Assembly: GCA_964016885.1 (NCBI GenBank)
Contig: OZ024762.1
Span: 16,988,001-17,052,000 of the forward strand
DNA length: 64,000 bases
Origin: Eledone cirrhosa
Lineage: Eukaryota
Direction: 5' to 3'
The number at the start of each line of letters is the position of its first letter. Position 1 is the first letter of the stretch. Under the pieces are notes generated by a model that was not told the DNA's origin, made no database searches, and saw nothing but the letters and a program-made list of their open reading frames with translations. Both the position numbers and the translations under genes were made by a program. Below, one piece after another: positions 11,990-26,808 of the stretch.

Positions 11990-12618
11990 AGTCTAGCTAA
12001 CTCTTTGACGTCAGGCTGGATTTTTCGTAAGATGTAGCCGGAGATCTCCACATGTAGCGGTTGCGAGCCTTACTGTGCAGTCTGGAAACAGCACCAAACC
12101 TCCTCTTGACTAAGTATGAGCTTGGAAAAGGCAGAGCAAATCTCTTAGCCTCTGCATGTAGGTGTGGAAATCGACGCTGAATTTCCTCTTGCATCCAAAA
12201 AAGGGGTTCACCTATTTTTGGAAATCTAATTTTGATCATGTGATCTGCTTGAAGTTCAATGAATTCTTCCTGAAATATAACGTCCAAATCATCGACGTTA
12301 GCTGTGAAGGGATCTGCTACCCACATTGGAATGTCCATCGGCAAAAGGTCGACAAACCGTTCTCTCATGTTGTCTTGTAGCGCACGGAGGTGAGCGGTAT
12401 AAATTTGGAGTTGGTCATCGTTTGCAATGTTTTGAACATTGGCGACACTAGGAAAATTATAGAATTCCCGTCAACAAAGATTCCTTTCGATGACATTCAA
12501 TTTGGCCAGGAATGTTTTCACAGCATTCCTTGCTTTAAGCAAGGTGATCTTCTTCCCCTGCAAAGCCAAAATGACGCTATTGCATTTGTTGCCGATGTCG
12601 GTGAGGTAGGCGCAGTCC
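11990..12618 (-). pseudogene. Buster-family transposase C-terminal remnant (hAT dimerisation region)
   Basis: AYLTDIGNKCNSVILALQG...MRERFVDL...WVADPF...FWMQEEIQRRFPHL...LPFPSSYLVKRRFGAV...KARNR; internal stop and frameshift. Confidence 0.85.
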
Positions 12619-13023
12619 TGCCTGTGTGTTGTAGGTAGTCCTAGATGTATGTATTACCTGCTTATGTATTGCATGTGGTCCTAGATGTATGTATTACCTG
12701 ATTATGTGTTGTCTGTGGTCCTAGATGTTTGTATTACCTGCTTATGTGTTGTATGTAGTCCTAAATGTATGTATTACTTGCCTGTGTGTTGTATGTGGTC
12801 CGAGATGTGTGTGCTACCTCCTTATGTGTTGTATGTGGTCCTAGATGTGTGTATTACCTGCTTATGTGTTGTATGTGGTCCTAGATGTGTGTATTACATA
12901 ATCAGATAATACACACATCTAGGACCACATACAACACATAAGCAGGTAATACAAATATCTAGGACCACATACAACACATAATCAGGTAATACATACATCT
13001 AGGACTACCTACAACACACAGGT
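12617..13023. repeat. 40-bp tandem array (~7 copies) followed by ~3 inverted copies
   Basis: Unit CCTGCTTATGTGTTGTATGTGGTCCTAGATGTGTGTATTA; orientation flips at ~12900. Confidence 0.9.
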
Positions 13024-13701
13024 TGTCCTAGATGTGGTCCTAGATGTGTGTGCTACCCGCTTCTGTGTTTTTTTTTCTTTTTTTTATTTGTAATATTATT
13101 TATACAATAGGAAATAAAATAGATATACATAGTGTTAACTCGGTATGGTTGAGTCAATAACTTCAGACATAAAATACATTGTTATCGGTGAAGGAAAGAC
13201 AAGATTCTAACTGGCTGCAATTGAAGTGTCCTTGACCCAGTTGACTGTCGGTTTTTCCATTGTTAGGGTCTCAATTGCCGGTTAAATGTCTAAACACGCC
13301 TGCACACCTGCTCACAGCTGCGGTCAGACCATAGTTATGCTGTTTGCATGCTCATTCAAATGCATTTACACTGGCTGTCTCAAAGACATACAAATATGGC
13401 TTATAAAACTTACCAAAGTAAAGAGCCTTCCAGTGCACTCCAAAGCCCCTCCCCCCCAATGCCCCCTTGCTCCCCCCCTGGATTTCCGAAACGCCCCCTG
13501 GGGGTGCATATGCCCCCCGTTGAGAACCTTTGCACTAGAATATAATATTATATGTACACATATATACACTAGTATATAATATTATATATACACTGGTATA
13601 TATAATAAATATACACTAGTATATAATATTATATATACACTGGTATATATAATAAATATACACTAGTATAATAATATATATATATATATATATAATAGTA
13701 T

Positions 13702-13976
13702 ACATCATCATCATCATCATTTTACGTCTACTTTTCCCTGCAAGGGTGGGACAGGTCCTATTCAGCACAGCATCTCTCCATTCATCACGGTCCTTCGTCA
13801 TCTACTCCGTGAGCTTCAGCAATCTGAGGTCTGCTCTCACCACCTCCGCCCATGTTTTTTGTGGTCTTACTCTACTGCGCCTTCCTTCCACTGGGATTTC
13901 TTGGCACTTCTTCACCCAGCGGTCATCCTCCATGCGCATCACATGACCATACCATCGCAGTCTTCTCTCCTACACA

Positions 13977-13980
<4 letters not shown>
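13702..13980 (-). mobile_element. RTE LINE 3' end
   Basis: Encodes ERRLRWYGHVMRMEDDRWVKKCQE...VEGRRSRVRPQKTW; (GAT)n tail. Confidence 0.85.
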
Positions 13981-14018
<38 letters not shown>

Positions 14019-14134
14019 CTTCAGCCTGGATTTGTGACCTGTACTATCTACTAGTAATTGGAAAGACCAATGGAAACATTGTTTCCTCGGTCCGATTTGA
14101 CAAGCTCCATCCCACTCAGTAAGTGAGTGACATC

Positions 14135-14320
14135 TGTGGATTGGCAGTATCGGTAGAGGGTCGGACGCCATGCTTTCCAGCATAGTTATGTCCCTTTACG
14201 ATCTGAGTTCAAATCCCGCCGAGGTTGACTTTGCCTTTCATCCTTACGGGGTCGATAAAATAAAGTACCAGTAATGCACTGGGTAATTGCTGGCCTTGTG
14301 CCTAAAGTAGAAACAGTTAT
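14135..14320 (+). mobile_element. Full-length Meta-like tRNA SINE
   Basis: TGGCAGTATCGGTAGAG (A box), GAGTTCAAATCCC (B box), then core and tail. Confidence 0.85.
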
Positions 14321-14641
14321 TTTGTGGCTAATAATTCAGCAACATTCGGACGTGAGTCTACATGTAAGAACACATATCTGAGGATCTTTCTATTTCAGAA
14401 TCAGGAACGAACACATCATATTTCCTGAAGCTGAAGACACTTCGTCTTCGACGACGTACACTAATTTTGACAACCAAAAATTTGAAAAAAAAAAAAATAA
14501 TAAACAACCTTCAGCCTCCAGGATGCATGGTAGATTTTTGAGACTTATTTTAGGAAAAATGTAGCATCTTCGACGCCGGGAAATACAGAAATTGATCGTT
14601 CCTTGAGCTTATCGGCAGTGAAACATGTAATATGTGATTAA

Positions 14642-14848
14642 CTCTTTAGCATTCAAACCGGCTGAATCTGGCCAGAATTCTCTCACCTCTTTCTGTTCAA
14701 ACCAGCTGTAACTAGCTACTCATACTTATGTTAAGGTATTGTTCTCAAAATAAATAATATCAAAATCTCCGATTCGATATTATGTGAGATAAAGTGTTTC
14801 ACCATGAAAATATAAAAGTAAATATAGAGTAATGTAAATGCTAAAGGG
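14642..14848. mobile_element. piggyBac-type MITE
   Basis: TTAA|CTCTTTAGCATT...AATGCTAAAGGG|TTAA; sister copy at 24069-24363. Confidence 0.8.
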
Positions 14849-15602
14849 TTAAATATGTAAATGATGCAACATTGATTTTTTGTTCCCTAATTATATACAG
14901 TATATATATATATACATATATCGTTTCTGAATTTGTTTAGCAAGATTCTTTATCTGAAATCGTGTGTTGAAACCGATATTGTTATACTTTGGGAGGGTCA
15001 TGTTGCCAATAAGAAACACACGCACCAGTTGCTTTCACTTCAATTTAATTTATTAAATATTTATAAATTTACAAATTTATAAATTTCTGGTTGGTTGGTT
15101 GGTTCCACAACCAGATAGTTGTTTATATATATATAGTCATAGTTCTTTCGTCACACACTCTGTGACCTCTTCAGTGACTGGGGATTTCTTTCTTCGTTTC
15201 TGTGCCTTTCCTTTCTTCTATCCTACGCCATTTTGTTTTGTTTGTGTATATACATTTTGTATATACATATATATATTGGAAAATGTGTGAGATCCTTGGT
15301 AGAGTTTAGGTATATTTGAAAAAAGGAAAAGAATGACTTCATTTATAGCTGGTATTTTATAATAATTTAATTTCATAATTTTACAATTTGCATAATTTTG
15401 CTATGTAGATCTAATTAAAAAATTATAAATTGTGAAATTATAAAATTAAATTGTCATAGAATACCAACTACAAGTGAAGACATTCTTTTCCTTTATATAT
15501 ATATATAGTACAAGGATCGGAATTAAGGGTATTCTGCAGTTCACAGTAATAATAATAATATTAGCTCAAAGAAGAATAGAGAATTTTCTTCTGAGCTCAA
15601 GA

Positions 15603-15659
<57 letters not shown>

Positions 15660-15938
15660 CATATATATATTCTGAATCATTAAAATTAATATAAAAAAAT
15701 AAAAATAAAGTGAAATTATTTAGAATATTTTAATAATTTTTTTTTTAGGGAAGGGCCTCAAATTTTATATTTTATATTTCAAATAGCTTAGGGACCCAGT
15801 GGGTGAAAGCCTGGCCCTCGATGCTGTAGGGTAGGGCTTAAGACCACGTGGTTCTGAAGTGAACATCTTCACGACACACAGCCATGTTGAATATTAAATT
15901 AGTGCGATATATGTAGATGTACATGTAGAGTAGGTTGT

Positions 15939-15952
15939 GTTGTCATGGTAAC
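15939..15952. promoter_or_regulatory. RFX X-box motif
   Basis: GTTGTCATGGTAAC fits GTHNYYATRRNAAC, in non-repetitive sequence. Confidence 0.35.
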
Positions 15953-16127
15953 TGGCAGTCAATGAGAATATTATGTAATTGTCAAGCAAGACCGGGTTAC
16001 ACTCCAGCTAACGAGCTGCAGTACTATGGCAGATATTCATAGTAAAATACAGGATGACTAAATCACAGCAATAGCAACAGCAGTAACGCCATTGTTAATA
16101 AATGCTCTTCTAGGATGAGTCACGAAA

Positions 16128-16790
16128 ACACCAACAACACCATTACTACCACTACCACTACTACCACTACCAACACCACCATTACTGCCACTACCACAAC
16201 AACCAACACCAACATTACTGCCACTACCACCACCACCATGACCACAACCAACACTACCACTACCACTACTACCACTACCAACAACACCATTACTGCCACT
16301 ACTAGCACCACCAACACCACCATTACTGCCACTACCACAACAACCAACACCAACATTACTGCCACTACCACCACCACCATGACCACAACCAACACTACCA
16401 CTACCACTACTACCACTACCAACACCAACAACACCATTACTGCCACTACCACTACTACATCTACCAACACCACCATTACTTCCACTACCACTGCTACCAC
16501 TACCAACATCAACAACACCACCACCATTGCCAACACCAACAATACCATTACTACTACTACTACTACTACCACCAACACCACTACTACCACCACTACAGCC
16601 ACTACCAACACTGCCAACACCACTATTACCACCACTACAGCCAACACCACTACCAACTCTGCCAACACCACTACTGCCACTACCACCACCACTACTACCG
16701 TTACCACTGCCAACACCACCAACACTACTACCACCACTGCCACCAACACCACTACTACTACTACCAACACAGTCAACACCACCACCTCTA
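16128..16790. repeat. Degenerate (ACC/ACT/AAC)n trinucleotide tract with internal block duplication
   Basis: Direct reading. Confidence 0.9.
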
Positions 16791-17380
16791 TGTGTATGTG
16801 TGTCTGCCTGTGTATGTGTGTATGTATATGTCACTGTATGTATGTATGTGTCAGAGTATCTCACAATTGACTGCTTCGACATTAAAAGGGATTGATAATA
16901 TAGCTACCATGAAATAACCAGTTCTGGGGTCACTGTGACCCACTGGAACCTTTTATGGTGAAGCCCCAGTATGGCCCCCAGCATGACCCCAGCCTCTATT
17001 TGAAAACTTACCAATGCTTCATAAGTCAACCAGATATTATAATAATTGTTTCTATTTTTGGCACAAGGCCAGCAATTACCCAGTGCATTACTGGTACTTT
17101 ATTTTATCGACCCCGTAAGGAAAAAAGGCAAAGTTAACCTCTGCGGGATTGGAACTCAGAGTGTAAAGGGCCGTGACTCTACGCCTCTTAACTATTCAAC
17201 TAAATAGCCCCTATACACACTTAACCATTGAGCTAAACAGACCCCTTACATATGATATATAATCCCTAGAATGTTATCTCCAGATAATATTGATATGGCA
17301 TACAACATGGTGTGGGAGTAACTGAAAGTGAGAAACAAACCATATCAGTGAATATATATGAATATATATATATATAATAT

Positions 17381-17441
<61 letters not shown>

Positions 17442-17629
17442 ACTGGGGTCCCTATCATTCCACTGCAAAGTGGTCGTGGAGGTGCCACAGCAAAAAAGCA
17501 CCCAGCACTCACTGTAAATGAGGTTGGTGTTAGGAAGGGCATCCAGCTGTAGAAATCAAGCCAGAATCAGTTCCCGTCCCACCCTTGCAAGCAGGGAAAA
17601 AGCGGAGGTAAAATGAAATGAAATGAATA

Positions 17630-17681
<52 letters not shown>

Positions 17682-17714
17682 CATATATATAGTGTATATA
17701 TATATATCATCATA

Positions 17715-18300
17715 CGTCCGCTCTACACACATGTAGATATACACATACACACACACACAGACACACGTTTAGATATACACACACACACACACACATGTAG
17801 ATATACATACACACACACGTTTAGATATACACACACACACATGTATATCTACGCATACACATGTGTAGATATACACATACATACACACACGCGTGCGCGC
17901 CTATAGATACACACACACACACATACACACAGAAATGGGTTATACACATACATACACACACGCGTGCACGCCTATAGATACACACACACACATACACACA
18001 CACACACGTACACACACACACGTTTAGATATACACACACACACGTATATCTACACATACACATGTGTAGATATACACATACATACACACACGCGTGCGCG
18101 CCTATAGATACACACACACACACACACACACAGAAATGGGTTATACACATACATACATACACACACGCTTGCACGCCTATAGATACACACACACACACAT
18201 ACACACACACACGTTTAGATATACACACACACACATGTATATCTACACATACACATGTGTAGATATACACATACATACACACACGCGTGCGCGCCTATAG

Positions 18301-18335
<35 letters not shown>

Positions 18336-19308
18336 TGGGTTATACACATACATACATACACACACGCGTGCACGCCTATAGATACACACACACATACACA
18401 CACACACGTACACACACACACGTTTAGATATACACACACACACATGTATATCTACACATACACATGTGTAGATATACACATACATACACACACGCGTGCG
18501 CGCCTATAGATACACACACACATACACACACACACGTTTAGATATACACACACACACATGTATATCTACACATACACATGTGTAGATATACACATACATA
18601 CACACACGCGTGCGCGCCTATAGATACACACACACACACACACAGACACACAGAAATGGGTTATACACATACATACATACACACACGCGTGCACGCCTAT
18701 AGATACACACACACACACACACACACACACGTTTAGATATACACACACACACATGTATATCTACACATACACATGTGTAGATATACACATACATACACAC
18801 ACGCGTGCGCGCCTATAGATACACACACACACACACACAGAAATGGGTTATACACATACATACATACACACACGCGTGCACGCCTATAGATACACACACA
18901 CACACACGTTTAGATATACACACACACACATGTATATCTACACATACACATGTGTAGATATACACATACATACACACACGCGTGCGCGCCTATAGATACA
19001 CACACACACACACACACAGAAATGGGTTATACACATACATACATACACACACGCGTGCACGCCTATAGATACACACACACACACACACACACACGTTTAG
19101 ATATACACACACACACGTTTAGATATACACACACACACATGTATATCTACACATACACATGTGTAGATATACACATACATACATACACACATGCGTGCGC
19201 GCCTATAGATACACACACACACACACGTTTAGATATACACACACACACATGTATATCTACGCATACACATGTGTAGATATACACATACATACACACACGC
19301 GTGCGCGC

Positions 19309-19353
<45 letters not shown>

Positions 19354-19370
19354 GAAATGGGTTATCTGAC
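17715..19370. repeat. Compound CA-rich minisatellite with ~150-190-bp higher-order unit
   Basis: Ordered modules AGAAATGGGTTAT, CGCGTGC(G/A)CGCCTATAGAT, CGTTTAGATAT, CATGTATATCTAC and CATGTGTAGATAT, separated by variable (CA)n. Confidence 0.9.
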
Positions 19371-19639
19371 ATACTGACCTTTCTAGAGATAAGAGAATGG
19401 CTATCATTGTGTGTGTGTGTGTGTAGGGAGATGGGTTGTGATGGGTGAATATAGATGTCCTTTTAGTCCTAAGACCATGACCAGGCTGGAGCACTGCCTC
19501 AATTCAGTCAGATCATGATTAGCCCCAATACTTATGTTTCAAATCTAGCTCTAGAAATAATCTCTTTGTATGGTCTACCCCCCACCCCCCTCCCCCGACT
19601 CATTTGAAAGTAGATGATGAAGTTAACGAAAGGAAGATT

Positions 19640-21147
19640 GCCAAAAATCTTCTTCTTTTTGCCCACTTATTCCTGAGAGGTTCATGGGGGGGCAGAATCC
19701 CTCAAAGATTCCTTCCAGTGGGTCCTGTCAGAACCAACCATCTTCAACTGATCCGGCTGGATCCCCAAACACTCCTTCCAGTGGGTCCTATCAAAGGGAA
19801 CCGTCTCGAACTGATCCGACTGGATCTCCAAAGTGTGACCAGCCAAGCTCATGGATGTTATCCAACTATCTTGCTTAGGGTGGGTCTAGCCCTGGGTCTC
19901 TTGCCGGTTGCTTTTGTCTCTAAAATCTGTCCAGTGATTCTTTCCTGAGACATTCTAACCACATGTCCATAGTATCAGAGCTGTGATCTCTCAATTCGGA
20001 GAAGTAGCAGCTCTACCTGGAGTGACTCTCTGATCTCCAAGCTACAAATCTGTCCAGTGATTCTTTCCTGAGACATTCTAGCCACATGTCCATAGTATCA
20101 GAGCTGTGATCTCTCAATTCAGAGAAGTAGCAGCTCTACCTGGAGTGACTCTCTGATCTCTGAGCTACAAATCTGTCCAGTGATTCTTTCCTGGGACATT
20201 CTAACCACATGTCCATAGTATCAGAGCTGTGATCTCTCAATTCAGAGAAGTAGCAGCTCTATCCGGAGTGACTCTCTGATCTCTGAGCTACAAATCTGTC
20301 CAGTGATTCTTTCCTGGGACATTCTAACCACATGTCCATAGTATCAGAGCTGTGATCTCTCAATTCGGAGAAGTAGCAGCCCTACCTGGAGTGACTCTCT
20401 GATCTCCGAGCTACAAATCTGTCCAGTGATTCTTTCCTGGGACATTCTAACCACATGTCCATAGTATCAGAGCTGTGATCTCTCAATTCGGAGAAGTAGC
20501 AGCTCTACCTGGAGTGACTCTCTGATCTCTGAGCTACAAATCTGTCCAGTGATTCTTTCCTGAGACATTCTAACCACAAGTCCATAGTATCAGAGCTGTG
20601 ATCTCTCAATTTGGAGAAGTAGCAGCTCTACCTGGAGTGACTCTCTGATCTCCGAGCTACAAATCTGTCCAGCGATTCTTTCCTGGGACATTCTAACCAC
20701 ATGTCCATAGTATCAGAGCTGTGATCCCTCAATTCGGAGAAGTAGTAGCTCTACCTGGAGTGACTCTCTCATCTCCAAGCTACAAATCTGTCCAGCGATT
20801 CTTTCCTGGGACATTCTAACCACATGTCCATAGTATCAGAGCTGTGATCTCTCAATTTGGAGAAGTAGCAGCTCTACCTGGAGTGACTCTCTCATCTCCA
20901 AGCTACAAATCTGTCCAGCGATTCTTTCCTGGGACATTCTAACCACATGTCCATAGTATCAGAGCTGTGATCCCTCAATTCGGAGAAGTAGTAGCTCTAC
21001 CTGGAGTGACTCTCTCATCTCCAAGCTACAAATCTGTCCAGCGATTCTTTCCTGGGACATTCTAACCACATGTCCATAGTATCAGAGCTGTGATCTCTCA
21101 ATTCAGAGAAGTAGCAGCTCTACCTGGAGTGACTCTCTGATCTCCAG
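19640..21147 (-). mobile_element. Second RTE LINE 3' fragment carrying the same 123-bp array (~10 copies, 19923-21147)
   Basis: Unit, junction and 3' flank homologous to 2500-4200. Confidence 0.92.
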
Positions 21148-21369
21148 CATGGAAAAGTGAATGAAAAAATGATGACGATGCTGGTGGTGATGGTTGAGAT
21201 GGTGGTAGTGGTGATGATGGTGGTGGAGATGGTGGTGGTGATGATGATGGTGGTGGTGATGATTATATATATTTATATATATCCTTATCTTTACAGAACT
21301 GAGATTACATACACACATATATATATATATACATACAAAGCGAAACCTACAGTTTAACAAAAATACCCC

Positions 21370-21710
21370 CCCCCCGTCCCACTACCCCCACCCCATCCAC
21401 CCACCCCTTTCGATGTAAAGTTATGTTGGTACCACAACATCCAGTCCGAAACAAATGAGGTTGTGTAGGTGTCACGGCAAAAAAAAAAACACACAGTCCA
21501 CGCTGTAATGTGGCCGTGTAGGTAACACGGTAAAAACCTCCCAGTCCACACTGTGTGGTTGGTATTAGGAAGGGCATCCAGCCGTAGAAAACCCGCCAGA
21601 CAGTCCAATGCGAGCAAGTCAACCAATCTTGCCTCAAGTGGGAAAATTCCCGTCCAAACCCATGCTAGCGTGGAAGATGGATGTTAAACGATGATGATGA
21701 TGATGATATA
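21370..21710 (+). mobile_element. RTE-tail/SINE element (GGAAGGGCATCCAGCCGTAGAAA subfamily)
   Basis: Sister copies at 22672-23140 (-), 39760-40010 (-) and 53310-53580 (+); (GAT)n tail. Confidence 0.75.
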
Positions 21711-21720
21711 TATGCATACA

Positions 21721-21783
<63 letters not shown>

Positions 21784-21869
21784 TATCTTTACAGAGTCTA
21801 AGATTAGGTGAAACATCAAATTAATCCCCCATTTTCTCTACATACCCACCATATACACACATGTACATT

Positions 21870-22094
21870 CATACATAAATATATATATATATATATATAT
21901 ACATACATTATATATATATATATATATATATACATACATTATATATATATAAATACATACATACATTATATATATATAAATACATACATACATTATATAT
22001 ATATAAATACATACATACATTATATATATATATATATATATAAATACATACATACATTATATATATATATATATATATATAAATACATACATAC

Positions 22095-22132
<38 letters not shown>

Positions 22133-22326
22133 CATACATTATATATATATATATATATATAAATACATACATACATTATATATATATATATATATATATA
22201 TAAATACATACATTATATATATATATATATATATAAATACATACATACATTATATATATATATATATATATATATAAATACATACATACATTATATATAT
22301 ATATATATATATAAATACATACATAC

Positions 22327-22362
<36 letters not shown>

Positions 22363-22373
22363 CATACATACAT

Positions 22374-22405
<32 letters not shown>

Positions 22406-23910
22406 CATACATAATATATATATATATATATATAAATACATACATACATTATATATATATATACATACATTATATATAAATACATACATACATTATATAT
22501 AAATACATACATACATTATATATAAATACATACAATACATTATATATATATATACATACATTATATATATATATACATACATTATATATATATATACATA
22601 CATTATATATAAATACATACATACATTAAATATAAATACATACATACATTAAATATAAATACATACATACATCATCATCATCATCATCATCATCAGGTTT
22701 AGCGTCCGTGTTCCACGCTTGCATGGGTTTGGACGGGGGTTTTCCCACTTGAGGCAAGAGTGGTTGTCTTGCTCGCATAGGACTGTCTGGCGGGTTTTCT
22801 ACAGTTGGATGCCCTTCCTAACACCAACCACATTTACAGTGTGGGGCTGGGAGGTTTTTACCGTGTTGCCTACACGGCCACATTACAGCGTGGACTGTCT
22901 GGCGGGTTTTCTACAGCTGGATGCCCTTCCTAACACCAACCACATTTACAGTGTGGGGCTGGGAGGTTTTTACCGTGTTGCCTACACGGCCACATTTACA
23001 GCGTGGACTGTGTGTTTTTTGTCGTGACACCTACACGATCTCATTTGTTTCGGCCTGGATGTTGTGGGACCAACATAACTTTACATTGAAAGGGGCGGTG
23101 TGGGTGGGGTGGAGGTGGTGGGACGGGGGTGTGTTTTGATAGAGATGCCTACTGACTGTAGTAGGTTTTTACTTTGTATTTAGGTAAGGCGGGTCTTCTC
23201 TATTACTGAGTACCGCCAAAGGTCTCGGTCCAGTGACATTGTCTTGGAGAGGTGTAAGCGTGTGAGGTCGGAATTTATCAGCTCGTCCCATGTTTTTCTG
23301 GGTCTGCCTACTCTGTGGCTACCGTCTATCTTTATTGCCCTGCACTTTGTTATACAGCTGTCGTCTTTCATGCGCATCACGTGACCGTACCAACGTAGCT
23401 TTCTCTCGAGTAAACAACATCTGATCCCTCTTATAAATACATACATACATTATATATATATATAAATACATACATACATTATATATATATATATATACAT
23501 ACATACATTATATATATATATATATACATACATACATTATATATATATATATATACATACATACATTATATATATATATATATACATACATACATTATAT
23601 ATATATATATACATACATTATATATATATATATATAAATACATACATTATATATATATAAATACATACATACATTATATATATATAAATACATACATACA
23701 TTATATATATATAAATACATACATACATTATATATATATAAATACATACATTATATATATATAAATACATACATACATTATATATATATAAATACATACA
23801 TACATTATATATATATATATATACATACATACATTATATATATATAAATACATACATACATTATATATATATATACATACATACATTATATATATATATA
23901 TATATAAAGT
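21870..23910. repeat. AAATACATACATACAT(TA)n minisatellite interrupted by retroelement pieces (22672-23430)
   Basis: Same unit on both sides of the insert. Confidence 0.85.
23180..23430 (-). pseudogene. RTE ORF2 C-terminal fragment
   Basis: ERKLRWYGHVMRMKDDSCITKCRAIKIDGSHRVGRPRKTWDELI. Confidence 0.85.
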
Positions 23911-24068
23911 ACTACTGGATAGTTAATATGAAGCATTTTAAGATATCTACTGTCTTTCTGAAACTTATCAGAAACATGTACATGGTGTTTTGAAAGTGTA
24001 CGTCACATTCCAAGAACTCATTTATCAGGAACTACAAATGGTAGCAAGATGAAACTGGTACCATTTAA

Positions 24069-24363
24069 CCCTTTAGTGTTCAAACCAGCCAAGAAACCAG
24101 CCAGAATTTTCTACCTCTCTCTGTTGAAACTGGCTGTAACTGGTCGCTCAAACTGATGTTAAGGTATTGTTCTCAAAATAAATACTTTCAAAATCTCACA
24201 GATTCGATATTATGTGAGATAATTATGTGAGGTAAAGCCTTTACCATGAAAGTATAGTAGTATATATAGAGTAATGGGAATGTTATGTGAGATAATTATG
24301 TGAGGTAAAGCCTTTACCATGAAAGTATAGTAGTATATATAGAGTAATGGGAATGCTAAAGGG
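24069..24363. mobile_element. piggyBac-type MITE with internal duplication
   Basis: TTAA|CCCTTTAG...CTAAAGGG|TTAA. Confidence 0.85.
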
Positions 24364-24533
24364 TTAAAAGCTAAAATCGTCAAGTTTCCTTCTATTAATT
24401 TTTGTTTTTTTTTGTCTCTTTTCATCTAGAATGGGTGAAAGGCAAAGTGGGATTCGAACTCGGGGGGTCAGAGAGCTAAAACGACTACCGCAAAGCATTC
24501 TCTCTGACATTCTAATGATTCTGTCAATTCGCC

Positions 24534-24568
<35 letters not shown>

Positions 24569-24588
24569 CAAAATAGGGAGTGCACTGG

Positions 24589-24763
24589 CAGGGCCCTCTT
24601 AACGCATGGGCACGCTGGGCAGTTGCCCAGGGGCTCCCACGAGAGGATAGGGGGGCCCTATTTGTATTTTTATTCCTGTGAGTGGTTGTGTAGGTAGAGG
24701 CCCCAGTGCTCTGCTTTGCCCCGAGGGGGGGGGGGAGCCTATACTGCTGTTAAGACGGCCCTG
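24589..24763. mobile_element. hAT-type MITE
   Basis: TIR CAGGGCCCTCTTAAC / GTTAAGACGGCCCTG; 8-bp TSD TGCACTGG / TGCACAGG. Confidence 0.85.
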
Positions 24764-25460
24764 TGCACAGGTCAAAGACAATGGTAAAAAAAAACAATGG
24801 AAAGTCAGACAGTCCCATCTCCACAGTCAACCTCTGGAAATCTCTACAGTTTCGCTGAGTTATTCATTCGATACCATTCATTGCAGTGCAAGTTAGGACA
24901 TAACAAAACAGGTAGAGACAAGTTATACCTTAAGGCAAATATAAAATATTGAGTGAACAAGGGCTTAGCCAAAGGAGAGAAATAGTAAAGAGAATAAGGA
25001 CTGTAGTCCAATGAGTAGATAAAGAAACACTGAGGTGTAGAACAGTTAAGAAGGGAGAATAGAGGAAAATAGGCCAGGTGTTGTGTTGTCTATTATATGA
25101 TATACAAGGGTGGTGGATTGGTAGTATCGGTAGAGGGTTGGACGCCATGCTTTACAGCAAAGTGTTACAGCCCTTTATGGTTTGAGTTCAAATCCCGCCG
25201 AGGTTAACTTTGCCTTTTATCCTTATGGGGTCGATAAAATAAAGTACCAGTAATACACTAGAATAATTACAGGCCTTGTGCCAAAAGTAGAAACTATTAT
25301 ATGATATACAGGTACTATTCCATTATAACGAATCTTTCAGTATCACATTTTTTTCAATCCTGGCCACACGATCGATTTATTTCAGTCGATCTCAAAGAAT
25401 TTTTTGTTACAACAAATTTTTTTTTATACCTTGTGAATTTTGTTATAACAGATTTTCACT

Positions 25461-25504
<44 letters not shown>

Positions 25505-25886
25505 TGTCAATGTAGTTGGCGTTAGGAAAGGCATCCAACCGTAGAAAACAAAGATAGATAGATAGATAGATATGTTTCTTTATTAGCCACAGGGGCAAAA
25601 AAGAAGGGGACAAATACAAAGGGGGAAGTTTACATACAATAAAAACGTGTAAAATGTTATCACAAATGCAATTTAAAAAATTAGTCGATTTTCCCCAATA
25701 GGGGGAGACAGTTTATATGGATAACACATACCCCCTAAAAAAATGGGCAAACCTCATCTCCAGGAGTACGAAGAGTTTGTACTCCTTTCCTCTCCTCCTC
25801 CTTTTCCTCAACCTACAGGCTGATATAGAGAGAAGGCCCTTTCACTCGGGCCATTCTCGCCACTTTCACCCACCTTTCATAAAACT

Positions 25887-26250
25887 TGCTGGGGTACAGC
25901 ACCTCTCTCTCCATGCTGGGGTACAGCACCTCTCTCTCCATCCTGGGGTACAGCACCTCTCTCTCCATCCTGGGGTACAGCACCTCTCTCTCCATCCTGG
26001 GGTACAGCACCCCTCTCTACATCCTGGGGTACAGCACCTCTCTCTCTACATCCTGGGGTACAGCACCTCTCTCTCTACATCCTGGGGTACAGCATCTCTC
26101 TCTACATCCTGGGGTACAGCACCTCTCTCTCTACATCCTGGGGTACAGCACCTCTCTCTCTACATCCTGGGGTACAGCACCCCTCTCTACATCCTGGGGT
26201 ACAGCACCCCTCTCTACATCCTGGGGTACAGCACCTCTCTCTCCATCCTG
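25887..26250. repeat. ~27-29-bp minisatellite CCTGGGGTACAGCACCTCTCTCT(C/A)CAT, ~13 copies
   Basis: Direct reading. Confidence 0.9.
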
Positions 26251-26722
26251 ATTCTTCTTCCAAAGTGGTATTTGAAAAAAAGAATCAGTTGTAGAAAACA
26301 AAGATAGATAGATAGATAGATAAAGAGAGGTGTAGATAGTTGAATAGATAAATAATTTAGAACAGTAGTGGGAAGATATTAAAGTGCACTAGTTCAGTGG
26401 TACCTTAATAGATGTTGGTTTGACTGAACTGGAGAATAGGGGTTGATATAATCCCACCCTTTACCACTTAACCTAGATTAAACACACACATATATGTATA
26501 TATATAAACATACATACATGTATATATATACATATAAACACACACACACACACACATACATAAATATATATATATATATACACATATAAACATACATACA
26601 TGTATATATATACATATAAACACACACACACATTTAAATATATATATATATATATATATACATATAAACATACATACACATAAATATACATACAAACACA
26701 CAATATATATAAACACAAGCAC

Positions 26723-26767
<45 letters not shown>

Positions 26768-26772
26768 AACAA

Positions 26773-26808
<36 letters not shown>

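Larger units (their letters stand above)
11300..13532 (-). mobile_element. hAT (Buster/Charlie-type) DNA transposon, internally deleted
   Basis: TIR CACAGGTTCTCAAC / GTTGAGAACCTTTG; perfect 8-bp TSD CACTAGAA at 11292-11299 and 13533-13540 with central TA; subterminal AAACGCCCCC repeats. Confidence 0.92.

Noticed and set aside
16058-16895. Gly/Ser-rich and Thr-rich ORFs resembling structural proteins
   Set aside because: Trinucleotide tract that runs into (TG)n; no signal peptide.
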